Assembly (NCBI GenBank): GCA_900088475.1
Contig: FLMG01004535.1
Coordinates: 1-64,000 of the forward strand
From: Hyphochytrium catenoides
Taxonomy: Eukaryota; Protista; Hyphochytriomycota
Length of the DNA: 64,000 nucleotides
Direction of reading: 5' to 3'
In this document: positions 27,061-40,166 of the stretch, in pieces
How the letters are laid out: the number at the start of each line of letters is the position of its first letter
Position numbering within the stretch: the stretch's first letter is position 1
The notes under the pieces: model-generated
Databases searched by the model: none
Seen by the model: only the letters and a program-made list of their open reading frames with translations
What the model was told of the DNA's origin: nothing
Position numbers and translations under genes: made by a program

Positions 27061-27331
27061 GCGGGAATTCTTGAGATCAGAAGGAAACGGATTCGCGCGG
27101 CACCAGCTTGATGTCGATTGTGGCAAAGTCCAGAATCTGAATAAGATTATTTCTTAATATTGCAATGCAAAAAGAGCGAATTTGGTATCTGACCCTCTTG
27201 CCATCATGGCCCACATTTCCTTTCCTTCTTTCAGGATTCAGAAGCACTACCAGCGGACGAGGCTGTGCTGCTGATGAGCGGCAGGAGCCTGGCAGAGGTG
27301 AAGAGTCCGTCTTCAGAGGAGGTAGAGCGGT

Positions 27332-27410
27332 CCTCTCTCTCTCTCTCTCTCTCTCACTCTTGCCGCTCTCTCTCTCTCTCTTTGCCTTTCTCTCTCTCTC
27401 TCTCTCTTGC
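27332..27410. repeat. (CT)n microsatellite upstream of XPG
   Basis: Interrupted CTCTCT runs. Confidence 0.9.
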
Positions 27411-27610
27411 TCCTTCCTGTCTTCTAAGGCTTTGTGTTGATTGCTCCTCACTCGTCCGCCCCACCGTCTTGGCTCCACTCTGCAGTTCTCTCCTCCTTCA
27501 GAGAGCAGTAGTGTCCCACAGAGACATTATCCGCCCTGGTAGTTGTCTCTCTTTGATTTTGAACCCATGTGGTGAGGTGTGGCCTAGGGTGGAGGTTCTG
27601 GCGGTGTAGG

Positions 27611-30600
27611 ATGGGCGTCAATAATCTCTGGCAGCTCCTGGCGCCGGTGGGACGCAGGATCAATATTGAGACACTAGAGAATAAGGTCTGGCTGTCCCTT
27701 GGCTTCTAGATACTCTTAAACATTGATCTCGCTTACTAAGTATTATTATTATAAAAGAAGAGCTTCTTCGCTGACTACCGATGGCTTGGCGTTTCTGCAG
27801 GTTCTGGCCGTGGATGCCAGCATCTGGCTGACTCAGTTTGTAAAGGTGAACTGCCGGCCATGAACGTGCCGTCTCAGCATTTCACACTTCTCACCCTCCG
27901 GCTCTTCTTCTCCTCTCTCCCTTCTCGTACTACGGCTGCTCCCCATAGGCCATGCGGGACGATGAAGGCCGGATGATTAGGCACGCGCACCTCATTGGTA
28001 CTTTCCGTAGAGTGGCGAAGGTGGGGTGCATCGTTCTGTCTTCGTTCTGTCTTTGCCTATCTTTCCTTCCTTCGCATCCGCCTACCTCTGGGGCCCTGCT
28101 GCCGTGTCGCTGGTTGCCTTCTCAATCCGTGACCTCTGGATGCTCCTCCGCTCAGTCAATTGCTTACTGCTTCTTTATCTAGCGCGCCCCCTTCCCCTTT
28201 ACTTCTCTCTCTCTCTCTCTGTCTCTGTCCTCCTGTCTCGTCTCGCTCTGTCTGTCTCTCTCGCTTGGTGGCTCGGCTCTGCCTTTCATTGGCTTTGTTT
28301 GACTCCCTTTTAGCTTCTCTTCCACCGCATCCGACCTGTGTTTGTCTTCGACGGTGTAACTCCTGCGCTGAAGAAGCGAACAGTGATGGCTCGACGGATG
28401 CAGAGAGAACGGCAGGTCAGCCTACCAAGATATGGATAGGAAAAAGGGTATTGGCCAAGAAAGGGAGGGTTAGAAACGACAAAGAAAGTGGAGATAAACA
28501 GCAGCCAAAGATGGAAGGGGAGGCGGACAATTTTGTAAGAGAGAAGGGTAGGACTTTTAGCCTTTCTAAAAAGGGATGGGCAACAAAGACAAAGGGTGCC
28601 AAGAGGCCATTGAGAAAAGAGGTTGCAAAGACCACGAAGTGCTGTCGCGCTCTGCGCAGAGTTTCAATAGCTTAGAGCGCCAAGTGAGGCGAAGAGAAGC
28701 CGTCAAGAAGACGAGTAAGGGCAGCAAATACCGCGGAATGACTCTCCTGACGTACTGGTTGTTTCTCCTTAGAATGTGAGCTTGAAGAGGACGGCACAGA
28801 AGCTTCTCCTCAACCAGCTCAGACTGAAGGCGCTTAAGCAGAAAAAAAAGGAACTTGGAAATGATAAGACGCAGGCTTCGCTCTCCAGTGCTGGGACTTC
28901 TCGGCCAAAGGCGACTCTTGCTTCATTTAGGGGCCTGACAACAACCAACGGAGGAGGAGATGGCAGTCCTGAGAAAGAGAGGAAGGAGGGGAAATACTTG
29001 GGAGATGGGGAGAAAGAAGCCGGGGGAAATGCTGTTGAGCTTCGGTCTCCCACTTCTTTCGACCTGACGAAGGACAGTGATGTCGAATGGGAAGATGAAG
29101 AGGAGGCAGAAGTGCAACCGCGTTCTGCTCAAAAGGCTCCTCTTCCCAAATCTCTTCCGTTCTCCCTGCCTCCTCAACACGGCACCGCACCATCTCCTGC
29201 TCGTCCACGAAGGACGCCCCCTCGACCGTACCAATATCGTCTGCGGTAAGTCTGGCTATACCTTTTGCCAATCTCAAACACGCCACGCGAGACCTTAGGA
29301 CTTCCCTTGACTCTTCGGGTTCCGCCCGTACACTTTCATCACGACGTAGTGACGCTTAGATCGCGCTTCTTACGATCTGGCCTCTCATTGGGTACGCCTC
29401 CCCTCGCTGTCTCTCAGGGGCCGACAGCAACCACGAAAGCCTTCTTCTGCCTCGTCTTCCTCTGCACTCTTGGCAAACGACGGCGAAGGAGGGCTTGTGG
29501 AAACGGAAGCTGGCCTGGACTCCATTGATTTGGATGCCATGGCAGCGCTACCTCCAGATCTGCAGAAGGACGCAATAGGTCTCGCTTCACTGTCACCCAA
29601 TATCCCTTTCCTCTCTCTTTTTGTCGTCTCTCTCAATGTCACCTTATTGCCTGTTGCCTCGGAACCTTGTTCTTTGTAATCTTGACATTTATTGTTAGAG
29701 ATCTTCTATCAGGCTGACACATTTTTGACCCTGACACATCGTCTAACCGTCTCCTTTATAAAGTGTAAGGTCAATATTAGTATTTAGTCATTTTTCTTGC
29801 CGCTTTGTTATCCCTCTCCCAGACAAAGTGCTCAGGAATCAGAGACAGAAGGCTCGCCAAATGTTTCTTCCACTGGCCGGAAACCCTGCGGCATACTCCA
29901 ACGCCCAATTGAGTCAATTTCTTAAGAGCAGTGCCTTCAACAAGCAGGTAGACAGAATAAGGAAACGAGGAGGAGAAGAGCGAGAAGAGGGCCAAAGGAT
30001 TGCATCCGACTCCACCAGGAAATTTATCTTTGCTAAGCTTAAGGACAAGACGAAACAAGAGCAGGAAGACGAAGCGCAATCTCAGACGGTCTCGTCGATC
30101 CTTTCTGTCTCTTCTCAAGCTGCTACAGTGCAGTTGGTAGCTTCAGCAGCCCCTAGCATGAACAAGCAGGGAGAAGTGTTTGACATTGACGATGAGAGTC
30201 AGGAGAGAGAGGACGAGGAAGGCTTCTTTACGCCTCCCTCTTCCCCGCCATCGCCAGCAAACGTAGCCCCTCCATCATCTCAGTCATCAGAAAATGAATT
30301 ACCTCTGGCTCTATCAGAAGATGAGAGTGCAAGGTCAAAGCCAGAACATTCTAAGAAGTCGAGTCCAATTGAGAAGGACAGCGCCACGGATGCTAAGGGA
30401 GAGCGTCAACAGGAAGAGGAGCAGGACGAGAAGGAGTACTTTGAGATAGAGATTAACCCGCGAGACATTCAGGAAGGCAACCTGCTGGATCCGTCGCTCT
30501 TCCGAGACTCGAATGGGAACAGGTTGGAGGTAAGGAGAGAAGAAGGTGCTCCTCTTGCGATTTGCAAATCTTCTCTCATTATGTTAGCGAAGAAGAGTAT

Positions 30601-33600
30601 GCCTACCTCTTTGCCACTGAAATGGCGCTAATGTTTCTTCCTGACCATACAGGAAAGAGTGGAGACCGTTCGCAGTGAGAGCGAGATTGAATGGGAAGAG
30701 GAAGAGCTCCCGGTAGAGCCAGAACCATTAGAGGATAGAGGGGATAAGAAGAGTGAAAATTCCATACTTCCCGTTAACGTTGTGCGGGAGGAGCTACCGG
30801 CTCCAATACCCAGTGAAGAAACGCGCGCCGAAGTTATCTGCGAGGAACGAGAACGGGGATCCTTAGTAACTCAATCCCCGTCTGCATCTCCGGCTGCATT
30901 GTCATTAGAAGCGAGGGATCAGGAGGATGGAGACAGACACTCCGTATCTGCAGTTCCTGTCTCCGATACCTCGGACGCCATTCTTGTCTCCAGTTCGGAG
31001 GAGGAAGAAGAAAAAGGAGGAGGAAAGGGCAAGGCAGAGAGTGCCATCGATTTGTATATTACTGGCGGCTACAAAGATAAAGCCAAGGCTGCAAGTGCAG
31101 GTCTGTCTCTTGGAGTCCAGGCCTCCACATCGCTTTTTCATCTCTAAGTGGAGCTCTATTGTTTCCCTCCAAAAGACACATCTCCCTAGAGAGCCCTACG
31201 ACTGCTTCTCCCTTCATCTCACTCACTCTGATGTACTTCTGCAGCTGATCCGCTGGAGAGTGCTCTCAGCACTGCTCAGCACTTGCCTCAGTGGGCAGGG
31301 TTTGCTGTGAAGCGTACCATAGAAATGTACAAGAGAACGGTGAAGGCTGAGACAGACACTGAAGGTGATGTCCGTTCAGATCCGTCGTGATCCTTGAGAT
31401 TCCGCCAAATGGTTCTAATGCTTCAGTGTCTTGTTCGCTCGTTGTTGCCATCTGTTATAATCTTTGGGATGGCGCCTAATGATACCTTCCTCTCACGTGA
31501 TGAGAATAGAGCTCTCAGCAGTGTCCGTAGAAAGAACAGCGTCTTTAACTATCGGGACTGAGGAGACGCCTCAAGTGGTGGAAGAAAGTCAAGAGCTAAT
31601 CGGTACTGCTGCCCGTCTACTTTCCCTCACTGAACTGCCAACTTAACTTTGCTTCACGGTCTCTCAAAGAGCCTTACGTTATTTGCGCACCTTTCTGTGG
31701 TATCTGCAGAGTCAGAGGATCCAAATGAAGAGGAGCTGCGCCGGGCGATCGCTTTGTCCTTAGCAACCACAGAAGTCGAGGCCAACCAGGAAGCGAAAGA
31801 AGAGGCAGAGGAAAGCAAAGAAGACCGAGAAACAAGTGAGGCACTGCTGGGCAATATCGATGATTTGAATGAGGAGGATTTGCAGCAAGAACAGAGAGAG
31901 TTGAAGGAGAACTGGAGACAACAACAGAGAGATACGGATGGAGTCACAGAAGATATGACTGCGGAGGTAATGGAGCTGCTAGGTAAGCTGATGACTGTAG
32001 CCATACCTTCCTTGACCTCCATTTGTCTAATAGGTATGCCCTAGATCTCTTTTCTCTTCCTTACATGGTGGCCCCAGCTGAGGCAGAGGCTCAGTGTGCC
32101 ACTCTTGAGCGCCTGGGCCTCGTGGACGGTGTGATTACGGAGGATTCGGATTGCTTACTTTTTGGCGCTGGTAAAGTCTACAAGAACATCTTCGACGACA
32201 AGAAGTACGTGGAGGCGTACCTGATACAGGTTAGGGACGTCACATAGTGGTTTAGAGTTGGAAAGTGGATCCTTGGGGCAAGCCATCAGGGAGGAAGTGC
32301 TAGTTGCTCACGTGTATAACGAGAGCGGAGTGGTGATAAATGGTAAAGGGCAGAAGGCCACCTCAGTTGACCCAAAAAGGAGAGTTCATGGAGGAGGATT
32401 GATTTTCCTATGCGATGGATCTTAGAGGAGTTGATAAGCAGACGATAGGAGTAAAGAGTTGCGATGACGCTTGTTGCTCCCCTGTTGCTCCAGGATATAC
32501 AACGTGAGCTGGGTCTTGATCGGATGAAGCTGATAAATTTGGCTCTACTGTTGGGCAGTGACTACACCGATGGAGTTAAGGTGGGGGCATGACCCGTTAG
32601 TACCTGTGCGACGAGTATCAATCCGTGTGAAAGTGGATCTAATATAAGAGCTCTGGCTGTGTAGGGCGTTGGCATTGTCAACGCGACTGAAATTGTTGAT
32701 GCATTCGAAGGGGAGCAAGGACTGGTGGACTTCAAGGTAAGAAGGATTAGGGGGCAAAAGAGGCATTGGGCTGGAGAGGGGAAGCATGATAAAGAAAGAG
32801 GCAAGGCGTGTCGCTTTGGTGCATAGAGAGCTCTCTCTGCTTTTGCCAAGCTCGTCTCCCTTCCTCTCTCCTAATTACTCAAGAGTTGGTTGCTCTTTGA
32901 TCTTTTAGAGATGGCTCCACTCTCTTGATCCTCAAGAAGACATTTACGAGGCCAATAAGAAGCTCTCAGAGTTTGAACTGTCAAAGCTGAGCAAGCTACA
33001 GCGCTTCAGATACAAGCATCGCAGTTACAAGCGGCGCTGGGATGTCAACGAAAGATTTCCAGATCAGATGGTGATCAGAGCCTACCTGCAGCCAGAGGTA
33101 CCTGCTTCGTGGATCCGTTATATTACCGCGATTCCTTTTGCTAGCTTCCCATCTAGATGACTGCTAGCCCACTCTTCTCATTTTATGCATCCGTATCCTT
33201 CTTCCTGTTGACTAACTCACAGCGGGTGTGACCACACTTCTGGGATAGGTGGATGAGTCTTCTGAGCGGTTCTCCTGGGCGTTGCCGGACTTGGCTGGCA
33301 TTCGAGACTACTGCCGTCGGATGTTTGGATGGGAGGAGTCAGTGACGAATGGGACCATGCTGCCATTGCTAAAGCAGTAAGTTAGCGCGCGCCTATGTAA
33401 TTGAAGAAGAGAAAGAGAGAGAACGATTGTGCTTGCAAGAAGAGCAAACGTTTGGTGAATTCTAGGCTTTGTACCGACGGGAGTAGAAAGAACATGGTTG
33501 CACTCTTCTGCGCTACTCCTCTCTCCCTCGAGCATTAGTCATCTGTCCATTCTGACGCGGCGTTGCACACAGGCTCAACAGCAATCACAGACAGACACGA

Positions 33601-33948
33601 CTAGATTCCTTCTTTATAAAGTACGACGACCATGTGAAATTTGCAAGGATCAAGAGCAAGAGACTTCGAAGCGCAGTGGAGGAGCTTGCGATGGCCAAAA
33701 GATCGAAAACTGCTCAGGGGCGGGGAAAAGCGAAAAGAGAAGAGAAAGAAGACAACCAAAATGCGCAGCCATCTAGATCCCCTTCTGCTCGTAAGAAAGA
33801 AGCAAAGAAGAGGGCAAGTGGTGCTAAGAGGCCAAGAGGAGAGGCATCTAACGGCAAAGACAACGACTTCGCCATAGGACAGAAAAAGAAGCGAGCGGCG
33901 GGGAATGTCAGCAAAGCTGTAGGAAAGCGTAAGATAATACAACGCTAA
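27611..33948 (+). CDS. ERCC5: XPG/Rad2 nucleotide-excision-repair endonuclease, multi-exon
   Basis: N domain: [25 protein letters not shown]|[15 protein letters not shown]|[17 protein letters not shown]|..[10 protein letters not shown] domain: [34 protein letters not shown]3TH: [21 protein letters not shown] long acidic spacer, the C-terminal PIP box QTRLDSFF and a basic NLS-like tail distinguish XPG from FEN1/GEN1. Confidence 0.95.
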
Positions 33949-34481
33949 CTCGTGGCCTGCTAGAACCAATTTTGCTCGATATACACGCAAGTTGCACAGA
34001 GGACAGATAGGTAAGGTTAGGGGCGATGGCTTAAAGAAGAGGCCAACTGAGAGTCAGGTGAGGGAGAGACCCACGAGGAAGAGGAGAAAGCACAAAGGCT
34101 AACGATGCGTAGGTGGGTGAGAACGCCCGTTCATGCGACTTGCTCCCAGTGTCAGCGCTCATGAGGAGTAGGGATAGGGACTATGGAAGAAGATTAAGAT
34201 ACAGGTTCATGGATAACTATCCTCAGCAGTAACTCAACTACTATCGTACATTTGGGCTTTATGAGACAATATAGAGCTTATTATTTAACAGCCAATGCAA
34301 GGGTGCGCTAAGAGTGCCTTTCGCCAGGGTACGTTCTAGAGACCGAATCAGATGGCTAACCACTGGGCACTTCATGCCACTCTCTAAGGCAATTTGCACA
34401 GATGACAAGGGCACCGCCAAAAGATGAGATTGCCGACAGATGAAGAACTGGAGGAGACGTGCTTTGAATAGCTTCTCATCA

Positions 34482-36563
34482 CTACCTTTTGTGTTTCTTG
34501 AATCCTAGCGAAACGTGATCAGCGTTAGGTATGTATAGGATAGCAGTTAACTATAACAGGAGCTGAAGTATCGAGGTAAGGATGGCACCCAGAAAGGCTA
34601 AGCAGACGCAAACTAGGTGGACAGGTGGATTAGCAGACCAAACAAGTAGTATAGCTCAATGTTACCTTTCTGGCCTTGACCTCTAAAGGAGGCGAGAGAG
34701 ACAGTGAGAGGAGGCATTCCGGCTGCCACGCTTAGCTTCCCATCCGCACCATAAATGGCCCGCTGTGCGTGCTCTGCTAACGCCATGGTGACAAGCCCAC
34801 AGCCTTTGCTTTCCCCCGTGGGTCTTCTAATAATCTCAGCGTTCAGTACTTTGCCATAGATAGAAAAGAGCGACGTGAGCTCTTTTGCAGAGTAGAGCGG
34901 AGGAAGACCGCCAATGAAGATCTGCCATTCTTTTTCAGAGAATGGTCCTGAGCTTTGTGGCTCAATAGGACGCTTCTTAGAGAGATGAGAACTCGCTCCA
35001 CCTCTTTCTGTCTGAGGTACAAAGGTCTCTGATCGAGCAGAGAGAGAAAAACCTCTGGACACTTTCAATGGACGTCGGGTCTCTGCGCAGTGATAGGCCC
35101 ATCAGTACGCTATTCGCATCGGATGAGAAAAGAAGCCATCCAAGGCAAGGCAAGTATATTCAACTTCCAAAGGCAAACTCAGAAGGTGTTAGCATAGCAC
35201 TCACCATCGTTGACATTACCGTTCCCCTTCTGCACAGGGTCCGAGGAATGACATACGATCGAATGGGGAAGGTGTAGAGCACCATCAGCATCCGCTAGCT
35301 TTATCTGTGAAATAAGTTATACTGGCTCTCAGTGCCTGCTCTTGGTTGCCCCACAATTCCTTTGTCCTTACCGAAAGGGTGCTGGTGGAGTTGTGCATCA
35401 CCATGCCGTCGGCTCCCACGACGGCAGCCTCAGCATCGTCAATGTTCTCATAAGTAATGAAGGCTGACCCTTTCGATTGCCCAGTAAAGCGGTCCTTTAC
35501 AATGTGGACCTTTGACACTGGACCATACCAGCTAAAGATCTAGACAGATGCGGATAAATACAAGGCTTAGCGACATGAAAAGGAGACAGCCAGGAGAAGA
35601 CATATGAAGAAAGAAATATTGGGGGCTAGTAGGCTTGAAAAGCCCAATACACAGAGTGACAGTGGCACCATAAGACCGTCTAATCTCTTCTTTGGTCTTT
35701 ATCCTTGTCCTTTCTTCTTTACCTCTTCCAACGCATCGCACCTTCTTGAGCTCGGCCTCAGAGCAGGAGGACGGAATACCTCTAACAAACAGCCTTCCTT
35801 CTTCTTTTAGGGACCGCCCACCATCATTTTGTACATCAGAGTTTGGAGCTCTTAAGCCACTGACTCCAGATGAAGTAGCTCTACTCGTTGGGACTAGGAA
35901 AGGCCGCGGCTGCATAAAGCGGATGGGTGGCGGATGAATATCCTTGGAAGAGTAAGCAGGTGATAACACTCCCTCAGGACTGAGCCCGAAAGGTTGCAAG
36001 CCCCACGACCGCACAGGTGGAGTCTGTACAACAAAGCTTGCTCCCCAGCTTCGCCAGTTTCGTGGGCCTCCCAGCGAGCCATCTCTCCGACCGGAGTCAA
36101 GCTCCGCCAAGCTCACTCTTAGGGGCGGATATCCTGACTGTTGTCAGGTTAGCTTCTGCTTGTAAAGCATGAGAAGCGGGAAAGGACTTGTAGCAGAACG
36201 GGACCACAAACAAAGGAGAGATTAACAAGGAGAGAGAGGAAGAACTTGAGAAAAGGTATCAACCCTTTTTAGCTTACCGCCAGACTGTGCTTCTTATGGA
36301 GAGCCGTTATTGAGCGCTCACAAGCTAGCCGACTGCCCATTCGGACAACGGCGCACCCTGCGTGTTGTCCATGCCCACGTCAGTACTCCTTTGGCTTATA
36401 ACAAGCTTCAGACGGTAGCAAGACACATACCATTGTGCCTGAGGTTGGACTGTCTTGTCAGGCAGACGTCCAGAACTGGACCAAAGCCTGCAAAAAGGCG
36501 TCTAATAGTAAGTTCCTCTTTATCAGGTGGAATGCCTTCGACATACAGCGTGCACTCTGCCAT
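34482..36563 (-). CDS. Three-RRM RNA-binding protein (CELF/Bruno- or ELAV-like)
   Basis: RRM1: TLYVEGIPP..LFAGFGPVLDV..GCAVVRM. RRM2: RLFVRGIP..IFSWYGPVSKVHIVKDRFTGQSKGSAFITY. RRM3: QIFIGGLP..LFSIYGKVLNAEIIRRPTGESKGCGLVTM. The start codon and last exon are uncertain. Confidence 0.85.
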
Positions 36564-37337
36564 GTCATCCTAGACAGGTTCACATGGGACCACCCATAAG
36601 ATCCTGGGCGATGAAGGCTTACTAGCCCACTTGGTGGTCTCAGCAAGAGGAAGATGCTTCTATTGCCCGAATGGAGGAGTAGAAACTGGTGCTCGAAGAA
36701 AAGCGAGAGGCGCACAGAGAGGTTCAGAGAGGGGTGCTGCCAGCCAGCACTTCATAAAGACAATCCACAAACGCAAAGTCTGGTGAAGCTTTCAGTGGGC
36801 GCTAGTATACTTCCTACTCATAGGAGATGCTCGATAGCTCGCGGCCACCATCCGCGTGACGCGTGCGGTAGTTCTCTCATGAGTAGCTTTGCTGACGCGG
36901 AGAGTCTGCATCTTCTGGTACAATGCACATCGATCTTATCGCGCAAGTTGCGTCAAAATTGACCTTGCCGCTGTTCATAGAGGCCGAAAAAGTCCAGGTA
37001 GGTGTGTCTTGCTCAGGCAGTGCCTCAAGATGGGCTTCAATCGTTCACTGGGCAGTCAGCAAGGGCCGTCAATCTGGATATCTCTGCCTCTTGGCGGCGA
37101 TGCAGATTCTCTGTTGTGAAGACTGAAGCTCTACAAGTCTGGCAGATGGAGATCTCTGTCATGATAACTACAGAGCCTGTTCCCATATAGTTTGTAGGCT
37201 TGAGCGAAAACAGATCATAGGTATTGGTAACTGTACATAATATTGATCTGATTATTAGAGAGGCAGGGTTCTGACTTCAGAATGCTTTCTTCGACTGGAC
37301 TGTGCAAGCCGTTTTCTTCTTTCCATGTCTCTTTCAT

Positions 37338-37418
37338 NNNNNNNNNNNNNNNNNNNNNNNNNNNNNNNNNNNNNNNNNNNNNNNNNNNNNNNNNNNNNNN
37401 NNNNNNNNNNNNNNNNNN
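37338..37418. other. Assembly gap (N run)
   Basis: Run of n flanked by CT-rich sequence. Confidence 1.
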
Positions 37419-37851
37419 CTGCTTCTCTCTCTCTGTCTCTGACTCTTATCTCTCTCTCTCTCCCTGTGACGTCTACCTCGACACAGTCTCTCGCCATGTC
37501 CTCCTTCTAGTCTCGATGGTCAGCACCACTAATGCTGATGTTCGAAGAGTGCTGCTAGGATTCCTGCGTCAACTTCACGCTCTCCCTCCCTTCATGCTGC
37601 GGCCCGGGACAGTCATAGCGAAAGGTTTGACTAGGAGCACAATTCGCCGCTCGAACGCTCATCTACCTCGCATCGTAGGCCTTGCTCTTCAGCAAAACGG
37701 GACCAAGACATCTCAAAAGCAACCTCGACTCGTAGTCAATCTGCGAAGACAGAAGGTAAGGGACAATCTACCTTTTAAAAAGACAAGCCTGGCTAGCTGG
37801 TCTCCACTGACTGAGGCCATCCTGCAGTCTACTAATCCTAAAAGTTGGACC

Positions 37852-39632
37852 ATGTCTGAAGACCTTTCGCCAATTGAAAGAGCCAAGAGGCAGGTTAGAG
37901 ACTTCTTTCAGCGGATAGAGTAACTGCGCCTGGCCCGGGTGCTAATGAATCCATGCAGGCGGCGCGTCAGGCCGTAGATGAGTTCGTGAAGGATGGGATG
38001 GTCGTCGGAGTAGGGAGCGGTAAGTGACGCGAGAAGAGGAAGAGAGAGTTGAGGTTAACTTCTAAGCCTTCCCCTTTCCTAGGCTCCACTGTGGTGTATG
38101 CGGTGGAGCGGTTGGCAGAGAGAGTGAGAGAGGAGAAGATGAACATTACGTGCCTTCCATCCAGCTTTCAGGCAAACCAGGTGAGAAGAGAAGGTGGTTG
38201 AGAGAGTGAGAAGCACGGGCTAGGAGAACTGATCTATCTAGTGACATCTCTATCTTTCTCTCTCTCTCTGTTTCTGCCTTCTCCTGTTCGTTTTTGTTTT
38301 TTTGCCTGGCAGCGGCTTACCCAGCCCGTTACCCCGTTTTGGCTTGCACTGACTGCCACCTCTCTCTCCCTTGTCGGGGCTGCCAGCTCATCATTGAGGG
38401 TAATCTGACACTGGGAGATCTCTCTCGGACGCCAGAGGTTGATGTGACCATAGACGGTGCCGATGAGGTTGACGCTCAGCTGAGCTGCATCAAAGGTGAT
38501 CGGCACTGTGCCTTATGTTTTCGCTCTTTTGTCTCTCTCTCCTCTACGCGCTTTACTTATACCTCTCTATTTCCTACAAAAATGAACTGCTCGTCCCTCT
38601 CGTCAGCCTTCTGCCGCCTTTTAGTACTATCAGCTCTGCTCGCCTTGCCTCTAAGTCATCAATGTCTATCTCTCTCTGCCACCTTTTGGGCTATCAGGTG
38701 GTGGAGGCTGTCATGTGCAGGAGAAGATTCTCATCTCCTGCTCAAAGCTTTGGGTCGTGGTGGCCGACTATCGTAAGGACTCTAAGACCCTGGGACAGAA
38801 CTGGAGGAAAGGCGTGCCAGTTGAGGTCTGTTGGGCCGACACGCCAATCATCTGAAACTAATCCCCCATGTCCTCTTTCTCTTTTACCTTCTGTCATGGC
38901 GTCTGAGAGAACACTGTCATCTGTCCTCCAGGTTGTTCCAATGGCGTACGTGCCTATCAAGAAGAAGCTAGAAGGGCTGGGAGGAAAGACAATCCTTCGA
39001 ATGGCAAAGGTCAACCCCCATATCCTATGCTGTCTCTACCCTCGCAGTCAAGCGCACACTCCCATGTAGCCTCCTTTTGCTGGACTTTCGTATCTCCTTG
39101 CAACCCCTTCTTGTCTCTCTCTGCAGAAGCTTTGTCTCTCTTCCTGTTCTCTTCGGCTCACCGTCTCTCTCTCTCTTTCTTCATCTGGAAAATCTCTCAA
39201 CTTATAGGCTAAGGCAGGACCCTGCGTCACGGACAATGGCAACTTCATTTTGGACGCAGATGTGAGTTCACCATCGCTTTGTCCTCCCTTCTTTGTGAAC
39301 TCTAACTTTTTAGTGTCTCCTCTCAAGTACTGGTCTCAACCCTCTTGATCAATCGCTTTCTACTTCCTTCTCATTCTTTAGCATTAGCTCTCTATTCATC
39401 TTTATCTCTCACCTTTGACTTATCTCCCGGGCCGCACGGCTTCGTCTAATGGTCCTCGCCTGGCTGGGTGTCGTCCCTGCAAATCTAGTTTGGGGAAATA
39501 CCGGACCCAGTTGCCCTTGAGAAGACCTTACTTCTGATCCCCGGTGTCGTGGAGGTTGGGATCTTCAATGGAATGGCCTGCAAAGCTTTCTTTGGACAGG
39601 AAGATGGGACTGTTACCACCAGAACTGCGTAG
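37852..39632 (+). CDS. RPIA: Ribose-5-phosphate isomerase A
   Basis: Spliced exons: [14 protein letters not shown]|[20 protein letters not shown]|[17 protein letters not shown]; [12 protein letters not shown]|[18 protein letters not shown]; VPVE|VVPMA; LRMAK|[16 protein letters not shown]; [10 protein letters not shown]. The gene may extend upstream to ATG 37594 or 37516. Confidence 0.96.
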
Positions 39633-40166
39633 GCAAAGAGCTGGGTTGCATGGAAGGGAGGGAACTTGAGGACAGACGAAGCGAGCAGAGTATCAGCCCA
39701 ACGATCGTCAGCTAAGAGTAATGTCTCGTCGAAGCAGAGACTCAAGAATAGACATAAGGAAGATTTCTAGAATACAGAGAGAGACAAAGGAGGTTAGGCC
39801 ATGTCGACACTCATCCTCCCGACAGAGAGGGAGACTTTGATAGCGGGAGGGAAGTTGGAGAGGTAGTATCAAGGAGGAGAGTTCATTATGGAGAACGAGT
39901 CAGAACTGAATTTTTCTTTACTAACAGGAATAAATAGCAGCCACTTGAGGGAAGTGCAACTAGACAAACCACCAGTTCTGCCTTCTGCTCTAGGTTGAAC
40001 GCTAGTTATCGTACACATATGAGTCAGGATAGAGGAAGCTGCTGCTGAGAGTATTGACAACAGAGAAATAAACGGACCTTGCTGCAAGCCTCCCTCGAGA
40101 AAGTACCCTGAGACAAAGGAAGGCACGAGCGGAAGCGAAATGGATGGGACAGAAAATACTGAAGTC

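Noticed and set aside
27061-27110. Vector-like thrombin site (CTGGTGCCGCGC, minus strand) and an EcoRI site next to the gap
   Set aside because: The match is only about 12 nt and continues LVPRES rather than LVPRGS. No other vector sequence is present.
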